A stretch of DNA of 64,000 bases, taken from Octopus vulgaris. Lineage: Eukaryota. Under the pieces are notes generated by a model. It was not told the DNA's origin. It worked only from the letters and a program-made list of their open reading frames with translations, and did no database searches. The stretch is taken from assembly GCA_951406725.2 (NCBI GenBank), contig OX597824.1, positions 65,472,001-65,536,000 of the forward strand. The letters run 5' to 3'. The position numbers and the translations under genes are program-made. Shown in pieces: positions 1 to 12,600 of this stretch. Every line of letters begins with the position of its first letter. The first letter of the stretch is position 1.

Positions 1-655
1 AAGGCCTATAATGCTGTTATAACAGCCTTAATCACTCTGTATGTTAGTCATTCATTCAATTTTGCATTCATTTTTATTGAGGCAGCGTTTTACAGCTAGA
101 TAGTTGCTTTTATATTTCTTAACTTCATCTCTAGTACATGTGAACTGGAGATTCTCTCATAAATTAGCGGTTATGAGCAACATCAAGATCTGAAGAAATT
201 TCTATGAAGAAACTGATTTTATTTTTATTTGTTGATGTTTGATATTATTATGAGATTGTTTCCTTTGATTGGGTGTTTCTGAAGCAAGTTGTGGCTGCCA
301 AGTAGCCAAGGTATTCTCTTCATTTGGATGATTATGCTATAGATCAAACACATAAGATATCCTACTTTCTTGTGTGATTCAGGACCTCATTGCACATTCT
401 ATCATGTATAAACTGAATTATGAAGAACATGGCATGTTGCACCCAATTGAAGCTCTGGAGAATTGGTTGATGATAGTAATGAAGATGATTAACCAATAGA
501 ATAACTGTGCTCAAGTCTATATGTTTTATTTATTGATTTCTAACTTGCTAATATCTCTTGCAATGAATATCAGTTAAAAAACAAAAGCAAAACAAAACAA
601 AAAAAAAACTCAGAAAGAGCAAGCAATTTACATTATGAGTAATTTATTATTTCAG

Positions 656-750
656 GTGATGCTAAACGCAACTGTACCAAATTACAAAGCTGGCTTGCTC
701 CAGACCTTTTCAATTGTACCAGCAAAGAATTCGTGAAAATACAAAACCAG
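656..750 (+). CDS. CELSR: CELSR exon, end of hormone-receptor (HRM) domain
   Basis: ttcag|GT...CAG|gtatgc; (G)[31 protein letters not shown]. Confidence 0.9.
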
Positions 751-2244
751 GTATGCATTAGAAATGAATGTTATATAATGTGATAAAAGAATGGTGTTAA
801 AATTCAAAATCTGAAATAGAATAGAAATCATCAAAAAAAAAAAAGTTCTGGTATGGTTAGAAACCTCAAGACATGAAAGAACTGGAATATATATGAATAA
901 TAATAAAGCAATTATTGACTTTATATCAGGTTTTTTTTAAAAGTAGGGCCTCAGGTTTCTTGACTGTCTAAACTTTAACTTTAATTAGTAACCTCCAAAG
1001 TTCTGTTCCTGTTTTAATTATCTAACACTGTTTTCTGTTTTAATTCAGTGTTTGCAGTTATAATTAAGTTGCCTTACAGCTGTTTTATATAAAGTAGTAA
1101 ATTGAATGATTTCAAATAAATTTTACTCTGGCTGTTTTATTACAAAATTGTAGTCTTATAACAATCCAATGATTTAGAGATTATGTTGCTATCTAATCCT
1201 TTGTTGCTGCTTCTGCTTCTGTTTCTGGTGCTGATAAATGGCATGTCTCAACTTTAATCAAATCAACCAATGGCACTGACTTTAAACTTCATATATTAGG
1301 TGTTGTCTGGCTTTGATTAATTATTCTAATATATGACTAACTTGCTTATATTTTTCATCCACTCTAAAGGGATAAAATACTAGCTACTAAACAGCATACT
1401 ATATATATATATATATAATAATAATAATATTAGGGAATAAATCCAAACTTACTGGGGTTAAATTAGATTTAGGATTAAATCCAATTTTATAGTATAAATA
1501 TATTATATTATATTATATTAAATTAGAGATAAAACCACTATTAGGCAAATCAAACAGTGAAAAACATAAGCCAATACATAAAATTAATTTAAAGATATAA
1601 AAGTTAAAAATAAAAAATTATTTAAATAATTTAAACTTATAAATTTTATATATATATACAAATATATATATATATATATATTTGTATGTATGTATATTTT
1701 TATATTTATATATTATTTTATTTATTTATTTATTAATTAATTTATTTATTTATTTATTTATTTATTTTTTTAAAATTAAATATCAAAAGTATTAAAAGTT
1801 TAATAAAAGATAAAGAGTAAAACACTACGATCGTTTCATGGCTGTACCAATTCAAATAACAATAATTTAAATTCAATTAATAATTCGAGTTATGGTTACA
1901 GTCAATCTTCAGGTTAATTGAAATATTTAAACAATATTTTTAAGATATAAATAATATAATAATTTTACTTATAATAAACTCTATTATCAAACTAGAAACT
2001 TAAAACTTAACAATTATGATTATTTTAGATCTTAATTATAATATTTATAAACATTTATATATTTTCATTGATAATTTATATATAATAGTCATTTTTTAAA
2101 TAAAAATACACACAAATTTCCACACATAAACACGTAGTATCTGCCCTAGGCACGTAACTTCAACCGTGTTATTTCTGATGTGAATTTGCTACCCAGGTAT
2201 CGGTTAAACGAATTATCCATAAAAAGATATTTCATTTTTCTACT

Positions 2245-2297
<53 letters not shown>

Positions 2298-3561
2298 TCA
2301 TCATCATCATCATCATCATCGTTTAACGTCCGTTTTCCATGCTAGCATGGGTTAGACGGTTCGACTGGGGTCTGGGAAGCCAGAAGGCTGCACCAGGCCC
2401 AGTCTGGTCTGGCAGTGTTTCTACAGCTGGATGCCCTTCCTAACGTCAACCACTCCGTGAGTGTAGTGGGTGCTTTTTACGTGCCATAATCTTGGAGTGG
2501 TTGGCGTTAGGAAGGGCATCCAGCTGTAGAAACTCTGCCAGATCAGATTGGAGTCTAGTGCAGCCATCTGGTTTGCCAGACCTCAGTCAAATTGTCCAAC
2601 CCATGCTATCATGGAAAGCGGATGTTAAACGATGATGATGATATACATACATATATTTACATACCTACACATATATGTATATATACATGTATAAATGGGT
2701 ACAGGACGTCAAAAAAAGTGAACAAAATGAGAACATAAAAAAACAACAAAAACATGGAAAACGAACTTTTTTTTGGACAACGAAAGAAACAAATAGAGAA
2801 ATGAGACAGGCAACATAAAGAGCAATCCCTTCATCAGTTGTCCCCTGTTTTATCTACTTCGCGTTTATATAAAGTAGTAAATTGAATGATTTCGACATGG
2901 AAATAGCACAGAAGTAAATCTAAGATATTTCAATATAAGAAGCAATTTAATAAAAATGATTTTTAAAATTATATAAAGAAAATATTACCAGTTTTGATGA
3001 TGAATCTCATCTTATCAATTATCAGTAAGAATTTATAAAAATTTGAAGTAAAAATAGTTTATCTTCTGTCTGGCGGGGTAAAACATGTCTGGAGATTTTT
3101 CATTGAAGTCTTCTTTAAATATATTTTGTTATAGAGTAAGAGAGGGGGTGTAGTTGTCTATTGTCTAAAAGAAATTCTTTGTGCTTTTAAGCCACTCCCT
3201 TGGCAGGAACCCACAAAGATTTCTTTTAGACAATACACAACTACACCCCGTCTCTTACTCTCTAACACTTTGAACTCTATATCAAACTATATTTAAAGAA
3301 AACTTCAATAAAAAATCTCCAGATGTGTTTTTGACCCCTAGACAGAAGACAAACTGTTTTTACTTCAAATTTTTATAAATTTTTACTGATATTTGATGAG
3401 ATTAGATTCATCATCGAAACTGGTAATATTTTCTTTATATCATTTTTAAAATCATTTTTATAAAATTGAAATGTCTTAGATTTACTTCTGTGCTATTTCC
3501 ACCTCCATCTTTTATATATAAAAATTTAATTTGTATAGATCTCTAATCTTTTCTCAACTAT

Positions 3562-3625
<64 letters not shown>

Positions 3626-6600
3626 TTTATCTATAGGTTAAGACTATCAATGGTTTCATGTCAAAAATCAATATTAGACAGTCAACTGGTACTTATTTTA
3701 TTGAACCTGAAAGAGATGAAAAGCAAAGTTGAAATTTTGCCAAGGTCAACTTTGTCTTTCACCTCTTTTGCCATCAATAAAATAAGTACCAGTTGAACAC
3801 TAGGGTTGATGTAATCAACTTACTCCTCCCCCAAAATTGCTGGTTTTATGCCAATAATAGATGGTAATGCGTGAATCAGAATGCCCAGCTAAAAGTCATC
3901 TTTTGAAGAAATTAATAAAGGAAATGATAATTATTTTATTCTTTATGGTTCAGTGACTTTAAAGTTGAATGGTCCTGAAAATTCTATCATTAGAATATGA
4001 ATTATCAGAGCAAATATTTCTATGACAATGTTTTTCTTAACATTAGTTATTCAGTATGCTTGCCAGTTGTAAAGTATGGGGGATTTTTGTATTTTGATTG
4101 ATAAATTAATGTGCCTCTGCCGCTATTTCTGGAGTGGGTGTTGTGGGAGTAGAGTCCTCAGGCATCTCCTCCATAGGGTCCTATAAAAAGCAACTGTCAT
4201 TTGAGACTACAGATATTATCTAGCCATCTTATTCTTGGTCTACTCTTAGGTCTCCTAAGAGCCATTAAAATGGCTGGTTGCCATTTTAATCATTTGTAGT
4301 TCCAGTGCTGTGCTTTCAATACGGAGAAGTAGGAGAGTAATGAGCTGGCAGAATTGTAAGCACACAGCAAAATGCTTAGTGGCATTTGTTCATGTTTACA
4401 TTCTGAGTTCCCCTAAGTTGCTGGCGTTGAGCTAAATTTTGAAACCAATATGGGGAAGAATCCCTGATCTCCAAGCTATACACTCTGTTGAATAACATTA
4501 CTTCAGAGATCCTTTAGAGGAACTTCATTTTGGCTTTTTCACCAGCCTCTCCTCTTCTGATGAGGTTTGAATTCATAATTATTAAACTCTGCTTTATTGG
4601 AAGAAACCAAATGCTGAAGCTTTTATATCCTGTGAATTGAACTTCATACCTTTTATTTTTTAAAAAACATTTTAGCTCTTTTGTTTCTTCTAATTCTTTT
4701 CTCCAGATTCAGCAAATTGAAAGAGGTTCTCTGAAAATCAACACCTATGTATCAAAAACATTGATGCTTCAGTTAGCAGAGTCAGCAGCATCAGCAAAAA
4801 ACCTCTATGGAAATGACATCAGTATTATTCTAAGGACCATAAACCAGATCTTGTTTTATGAAAATAAGCAAGAAGGTTTAAGTTTGACAAGTGAACAAGA
4901 TCGTAAATTTATCAAGGTATTAACAGCAGCTAATTTTGACTTTTTCTTTCATTTTTTTAATTATTATTGGTAGTCCATATAAATATGAACAGCAGCTCTT
5001 CTAAAATTATATTGAGAATGTTTAGATAAATGGGATTTTTTTTAAAAGTAATTTATTACTTTTATATATTTTAATACTGTATTGTTGAAAAGGACAGTAA
5101 TAGCAACATTTGTGGTGGTGGGTGGGTGTGTAATTTGTAATACTGATGATTTTTGTAATAATCTTGATTTAATTCTACTTTGCAGAACATGTTGTCAGCT
5201 CTGAGTTACTCATACAATAGCAAATACCGAACTGAATGGAATCGACTAAACAGAAATGGTGGGACTATGTCACTGACTATTCTCTTTGAGACCTATCTCC
5301 ATACTCTTGCAACAAGCATGTCCTTGTCTCAATCTTGGCCTTTCCAAGTTGTTTCTGAAAATATTGGTAAGTTTCATGTAAACTTTGAAAAAAAAAATTG
5401 TTCTGATCTAAATTTAATATAAAAGTATTGATTCTTGGTTCTGTTAATTACTGATTTCCCCCTTCATTTGAGCATAGATGTATATAGGTGCTGGCATGGC
5501 TGTGTAGATAAGAAGTTTACTTCCCAGCCTTGTGGTTTATGGTTCAGTATGAATGAGTGGCACATTGGGCATGTGTCTTTTATAGCTTCAGGCTGACCAA
5601 AGTCTTGTGAGTGAATTTGGTTGACAGAAACTGAAAAGAAGCCTGTAGTGTGTGTTGGTTGCTATTTTTTGCTATTCAAATGACCATATTGAGGCTCTCT
5701 AAGTCTCTGTTGTTGCTGCTGCCACCATGACCACCACTACTACCATCAAGATAGATTATCAATCCTGATAGAACCGAAGAAAATTGAGTGGGAATGGAAT
5801 CACCTGGGCAAGTTTCAGCCATACTATGATATAGTTATTGTCATTAATTATGATAAAAGACAGAATAATGCTAATATTATTGTCATGCTTTAAAAGAGAT
5901 AATGTCATAGCTGACTTTAGGAAGGATGTTTAGCAGTAAGTAAAGTAGGCATCAACATTAAAAAGTAAGGGAGGTAACTGTGATTAAAATTAGAAAGTCG
6001 TAAGTCTGAATTTTGGCAGTAAGGTGATAACCTTCGATATATTTTTCTAGTATCAGACTTCATTAGCAAAGCAGTCCAATTGTTGGTACCTGATTTTAGA
6101 ATGACTAGAGAAAATCATCATCTTATTTCATGTCTTCTTTTTGTGTTATAAGAAATGATTCTAGAATATACATTTGATATATGTATATTGATGTGTGTGT
6201 GCGCGCGCACGCACACACGATCATGATCATCATTATCGTTAAATGCCCGTTTTCTATGCTGGCACCCACCCTTATATAATGTGGGGGAGCTGTGTATCTC
6301 CTTTACAGCAAGACCCCTGCTCCTGTCCCTCTAATCATGTGTTAGCCTCTCAATACCTGGCATAAAACGACTTCTCTCTCTACAACACTTTCACTCAGCT
6401 GAGGAGTCTTTTGTTGTTTTGCAACTTATATGGTGGCAGTGCCATGAGAAAAATGCACACAGTACATCCTGTGAAGTGATTGGCATTAGGAAGGGCATCC
6501 AGCTATGGGAACCATGCCAAAGCCAATATTGGAGCTTGACCCAGTCTTTTGAGTCATTCGACCCTGTCAAACTATCCAATACCTGCCAGCATAGAAGATG

Positions 6601-9600
6601 GACATAAAATGAAGAGGATGATGATATGTAATACATTTGATACAAGTTTCTCTTTCTCTCTCTCTCCACTCACACACACATTTATGGAATTTTACTTCTG
6701 TTATTTTAGTACTGGCTGTTGATGTAATCAATTTACGAAACTTCACTGGTATCCAAATTCCTAAGTATGACAATATTGTACCAAATACTGCCATGTTTGA
6801 TAAAGATACCAACATTCAGCTACCTCGTTCTCTCTTGATAACAGAAAGGAAATTGTGTATGTATAACCAAATTTTTTAGTTTTTCTATTGTGCACCCTCA
6901 GTTTTCATTTTCAAAGTTTTCTCCCTGAGAATTGATTTTTATAAATTACTGTATTATAATATTTACAATTAATATGTGTCTGAAAATTAACACTTTCCAA
7001 TTCTTTTTAAGACTTAAGATTTATTTTGCATTTTTATTTGTTACAAGATATGACATAATCAAGGTTTGCCTCTTTGATTATCATTTTCATGCTAAAATAA
7101 ACAGTCTATTTTCATGCTAAAATAGACTGTTTTTGCATCAGTTAATTTTAAGAATAATGACAGATTTAGAAAAATAACTTTGTCATTTTTAAGCTGGTGT
7201 TTAGAATATAAATTAACATGGAATTTTTCTGGAAGGTTTTAATTTAGATCACTTTAAAGGTGGTGTTTGTATTTTAGAACCAGGTGTGATCTCAAAAATG
7301 TTAATGCGTTTCAAATTTCTTCCAATTTTCTTTTTTCTTTTAATCTAATTATACATATATATATATTCCATGTTTATCTCAGTTTATTATATTTTAATTT
7401 TACTTTATATTTATAAATTTTTAATATTTAGTTTTTGTTGCATTATAAACCTCCACTTTATCCCTTATTTTATTTGTCTCTAAATTTTTCTGTACAGTTA
7501 ATACTTGCATTTACTCAGTGGATATTTGTTTTTCAGTTGGCACAATTCCACCTCATAAGCAAAACCCATCTGGTAAAGCTATTGTAGGTTACATGATTTA
7601 CCGAAGTCTAGGTGATGTAATGCCAGAAAACTATGATGAAACAGTGCGGTATGTTAACTCAGTCTTTTAATTTAGCATTATTTTTGGTCATTTCTGTTTT
7701 CCAGTTTGTATATGTATTTAAAAGTTCATGATAAATTGAGAGTGAAGTTGACAGCAAGCCTTTCCAGTTATAAGTATGTGTTTGTGGCATATAAATATTG
7801 ATACTCCCTTCTGTTTATTATTCCAACTAAAGTGTATACAATATAACAATCATGAAGGATCTTCTCCCATCTTGATTATTAATTAATCTGAAAATAAAAA
7901 AAAAATCATATAAAGACAAAATGAAGGGTTTAGCATCGTTGCTTGATAGAAATATTCTCAGAAAAATAGATATTTTTCAACTATTTTTTTTTTTACTCTA
8001 GAGTTGTTCTTTGATAGTAGCTAAATAACCCAGAAGCAAATAGTTGAAAAGATATTGTATGAACTACAAACCTAAATTCTTTGAGTTCATATCAACTGCA
8101 GATGTTTTGTTGTCTATTGTTTGTATATTTAATCCTATGAACCTTAATTCATATAACTATTGGGAATAAGTAACAAATGCTTTAGGAATGTTACATGGGA
8201 TAGAAACTCATTTGATCCAAAGAGAAGTTTGTCTTTCATCCACTTAATACCATGAAACTGTGCCTTCAAATGGCCTTAAAGCTGAAAAGACAAAAATGCA
8301 AATATATCTCATGACCTTTTGTGTGTACATGTTCTGAAACCTACTGGATTTATGGACACTGATGAACCCAATTCAATCCTGCAAACCCATTCATCTATGA
8401 TCTACACTCATGAGAAAAGTTGAGTTCAGCACTATAAGCTAACAAAAACAACTACCAGTATTGTTTGCTACTTGGAGTGGAAAACTGCTATCTATAACAG
8501 GTAGGCGATGGGTTATTAAAAGTTATGTATAGCTTTAGTCAGGGTTATATTGTGGCCCCAAAGATTGGATACAAATTACTAACCTTTTGCTTACTGAATT
8601 AGCATCCTTATGAATCACTCAATTGCAGCTTTCATGTTTATCAATAAATATTTAAGATCTGTAAATGCTTCTGTTCTGTACTAAAATATTAACATACAAG
8701 ACAGACATAGACCATCATAAAATCTGTTGCCATGATAGTATCATTTCCTTGTATTTATTTCTTTTTGGTATTTGGTATTTCTCTTTGTCAATGCTAGTAT
8801 AGTTATTTTTGCATAGCTCTGTAATTCTTGGTATTGAAATCAGCTGATTACTGAATTGTGATTTACACCTTCTCCACTACTCTGTTGTTACACTACAAAC
8901 ATAATCAAAGTTGGCGTGGGTTGGATAGTTTGACAGGATCTGCTGGGGCCAAGGACTGCATCATGTTCCAGTGTCTGCTTTACACAATGCTAATAGAAAG
9001 ATCTTTAACTCATGATTAAAAAAAATAGCTCTTAAAAATGCTTGTTGGAAAATATAATATAAGTATCATCTAAGCCTTGAGAGATCCTTAAGAGACTGGT
9101 ATTCAGCACCTAGTTTTATGGAATAAAGTGAAGTGAAAAAATTCCCTAGTTAGGTTACATGTCTTATATTTATACCCAGCAGTGAAGTGAACTAACATAC
9201 ATAGAATAGCATTTCCTGTTTAGAAATAATGAAACATCTGCAATAGATTGAGGCTCATAAACCAGAGGCTGGTAGTTCAACACCTTATCTACTCAGCACA
9301 GACACACTGGATGAATGTACACATATTTCACTCTCACCTCACACATGCACACACTTCTGCTTATCTTGAGTTATTGAATCAAACACTTACTTGAGAATCT
9401 GGAATTGTTTTGAGAGTTTTTAAAAAATTTTGTTTGAGTTAATGAATGAAAAAGAAAATGAGAAAAGATAGTTCTTCATTCTCTTACCTTTTTTTAAGTA
9501 GCTTATTCTTTTAAGTGTTTTTATGTGAGCACATCTGTCTCACAGACAGCTCCTCTAATGAATATAATGCTTAAAGTATTTATAGGGTTAATAACGTTTG

Positions 9601-12600
9601 TTCTTTCAAAAGGTGGATGCTTCTGCACTTATCAGAGTAGTTTATTTCAAAAGATTTGGTAGATGGAATATGTGTGTATGTCTGTAGGTGTGGTGTATGT
9701 ATGTATTTGTACGAATGTATGTATATGTGGAGGCGCATGACTTAGTGGTTAGGGATTTGGACTCATGATCGTGAGATTGTGGTTTCAATTCCTGGACTGG
9801 GCAATGTGTTGTGTTCTTCAGCAAAACATTTCATTTCACATTACTCCAGTCTATTCCGTTGGCAAAAATGAGTAATCCTGTAATGGATTGGCATCCTGTC
9901 CAGGTGGGGAATATATATATTTCTTTACTGCCCACAAGGGGCTAAACATAGAGGGGACAAACAAGGACAGACAAAGGGATTAAGTCGATTACAGGTGGGG
10001 AATATATATGTCACTGAAACCGGTAAACCAGCCCTTATGAGTCTGGCATGGCTCGAGAAGGAAACATTTTTTCTTTTATTTATGTATGTATATGAATGTG
10101 TGTATGTACCTGTGTACAAAATGTACGCAGGTACATAATTTCAATGTGACCACTTCACCAGCTAGAAATAGCTACCAAATCTCTTTCAAAGACCTTAATA
10201 CTTTAAAGCAGACATGTTGAATAATATGATCTGGTATATATCATTTGGGGAGGTGAGGGACAAGCTGGTCATGTTTTATAAAAATAATGAGTTTATTGTG
10301 TATAATGGTTAGGCACACTATAACTCATTGGAAAAGAGTAAAATGGAGGACAACTTTGCCTTTTATTTCTCTAGGGTCAATAAAATAAGTACCAATTGAG
10401 CATAGAGGTCAACATAGTCAGCTATCCCCTCCTTAAAATTGCTGGCCATGTGCCAAAATTTGAAACCACTATTATTATTATTATCATTATTATTGTTATT
10501 GTTGCTGTTGTTATTATTATTATTATTAATTATTAATTATTTTTATTATTATTATTACAGAAGAATACCTGATCGACCAATGGCTATCAGCACTCCTATT
10601 ATTAGTCTCATTCTACAGAACCAGCAACATCATGTTACAGGTCACACATCCGAACCAATAAATATTACATTTAAGCAGCTTGTTAACCATAACAGAACAA
10701 GTCCTCAATGTGTTTATTGGCAACCATTCAACCGTGGGTAAGTGTATGTGTGAGTGTGTATGGATATATATATATATATATATATAGTTAATCCAAACAA
10801 GAAAGCACAAAAAAACACAACAACGTGAGGACGTGGAACAAATATAGTATTATTGGACGCTCAGGAAAGAAGGAAAGAAGGAGGGTTTAACGTTTCAAGC
10901 GGAACTCTTCGTAGGAAACATAGGAGAAGGAAAGATCCAGAGAAGGGAAGACAGAGAAAAAAAAAATCACCAACGGTACACACGCAGTCACAAATGAGGG
11001 TAGAAATTGATATTAATCAATTAAAACCAGTGGCTTAGCATATTTAAAAAATAGACATCAAATCACCTTACCAAAAAGAGTGTGTTCTCAAGAAAAATTT
11101 CTGCAAAACGCCAGAATGTAAAAACAAGCAAGACAAATGAAAATATTTGAAATAAAAAATGATTACCTATGTATCAATGGTTTCTCTGGCTAATATTTAT
11201 GAATGTAAATATCTGCAAGCTCATCAGCATAGTCTGTTGCTTACAAAACACAATTTCCAGAACTAGATACAGAATGCTCACCTGAAAGAGAGTATGTATA
11301 AAGTTCTGCAAATTATATTTGTGGGTAATTTTCAAATGTCTTCATTTTGGCGTGCTCAAGCCGGAAATAACTCTGCAGTTAATAAATTTCTGCAGCTAAT
11401 TTACCGGTTAGAGAACATTTTTATTTAAAAATTAAATAATGAGGGTAGAAATTGATATTAATCAATTAAAACCAGTGGCTTAGCATGTTTAAAGAATCAT
11501 TTTCTTCATCTTTTTGGCAATAATATTTTGTGATTCTTTCTAATTTTCTCTTATTGCTTTTTTTAATGTTATTTGTAGGTTAAATGGATATTGGTCGAGG
11601 AAAGGATGTGAGATGACTGACCATTTTCAGCTGAATGAAGACAATTATGTGGTCTGTTCCTGCTCACATCTTAGTACCTATGCTGTTCTCATGGACATGA
11701 GTGACATTGAGGTAGGGTAATATGCTTTCCTTTGAAATTTACTTCTTTCTCACATTAATGGTCTTTCCAGGAGTCCAAATTGCAACCAATGTAAAACATC
11801 ATCAAAGTAAAAAAAAAAAATAATAAAAAGCCATCATGATACAACAACAAAGAATACAATTTAGCTTTTAAAACTCTTTATTGTTGACTGGAGCCATTTT
11901 GCTTGTCTAAATAAATTTTGTTAAGTTTTCTTCAGGTGGGGCAGAGCATCACTAAGTTGTTATTAGGGTAATTTTAATCATTCTTTTTCAGTAGCATTTA
12001 TTCAGTTTTACTCTTTGTCCCAATTATTATAATTTTTGCCCACCCCAAAAGAATAATATTCTAAGTAAGATTTGAACCATATATTTTTATCTCAGTAAGT
12101 ATTCTTATACATTTATCTTTGATATAACTCATCTGCTATGGCTAAACCTGTCCATATATTTGTTTTTATTAGTGGGCATTTATAGTTAATATTTAACCCA
12201 TCTATTTCTATATTTACTTTATTAGTTCATTATTGTCCCACAATCTAATATAATGTGATAACCAACTTTGACAAGGCTATATGTAGCTGTGACACACATC
12301 TAAATACACCTTTCATTCCTTTCTGGATTTCTTTTGTTCATTTTTGGATTTGCTGGGATTGTGCTATTATAATAACGAGCTTATGTATACAATACTCAGG
12401 TGCACTACAACTATTTGGAAAAAGATAAAACTGAAGACAGAGCAGCAATAAGTCAAGTAATGAAAGACAGCAATGGGAACCAAAAATTCATGCATAGTAC
12501 ACAGAATAAAACTTAAAAAGACAGAAAAGTGAAAAGTAAAAGAGCCATAAAGAGGAAAGGGTGTATAAGCATGTCAAGAGTAGTGTTGGTAAATTTAAGG

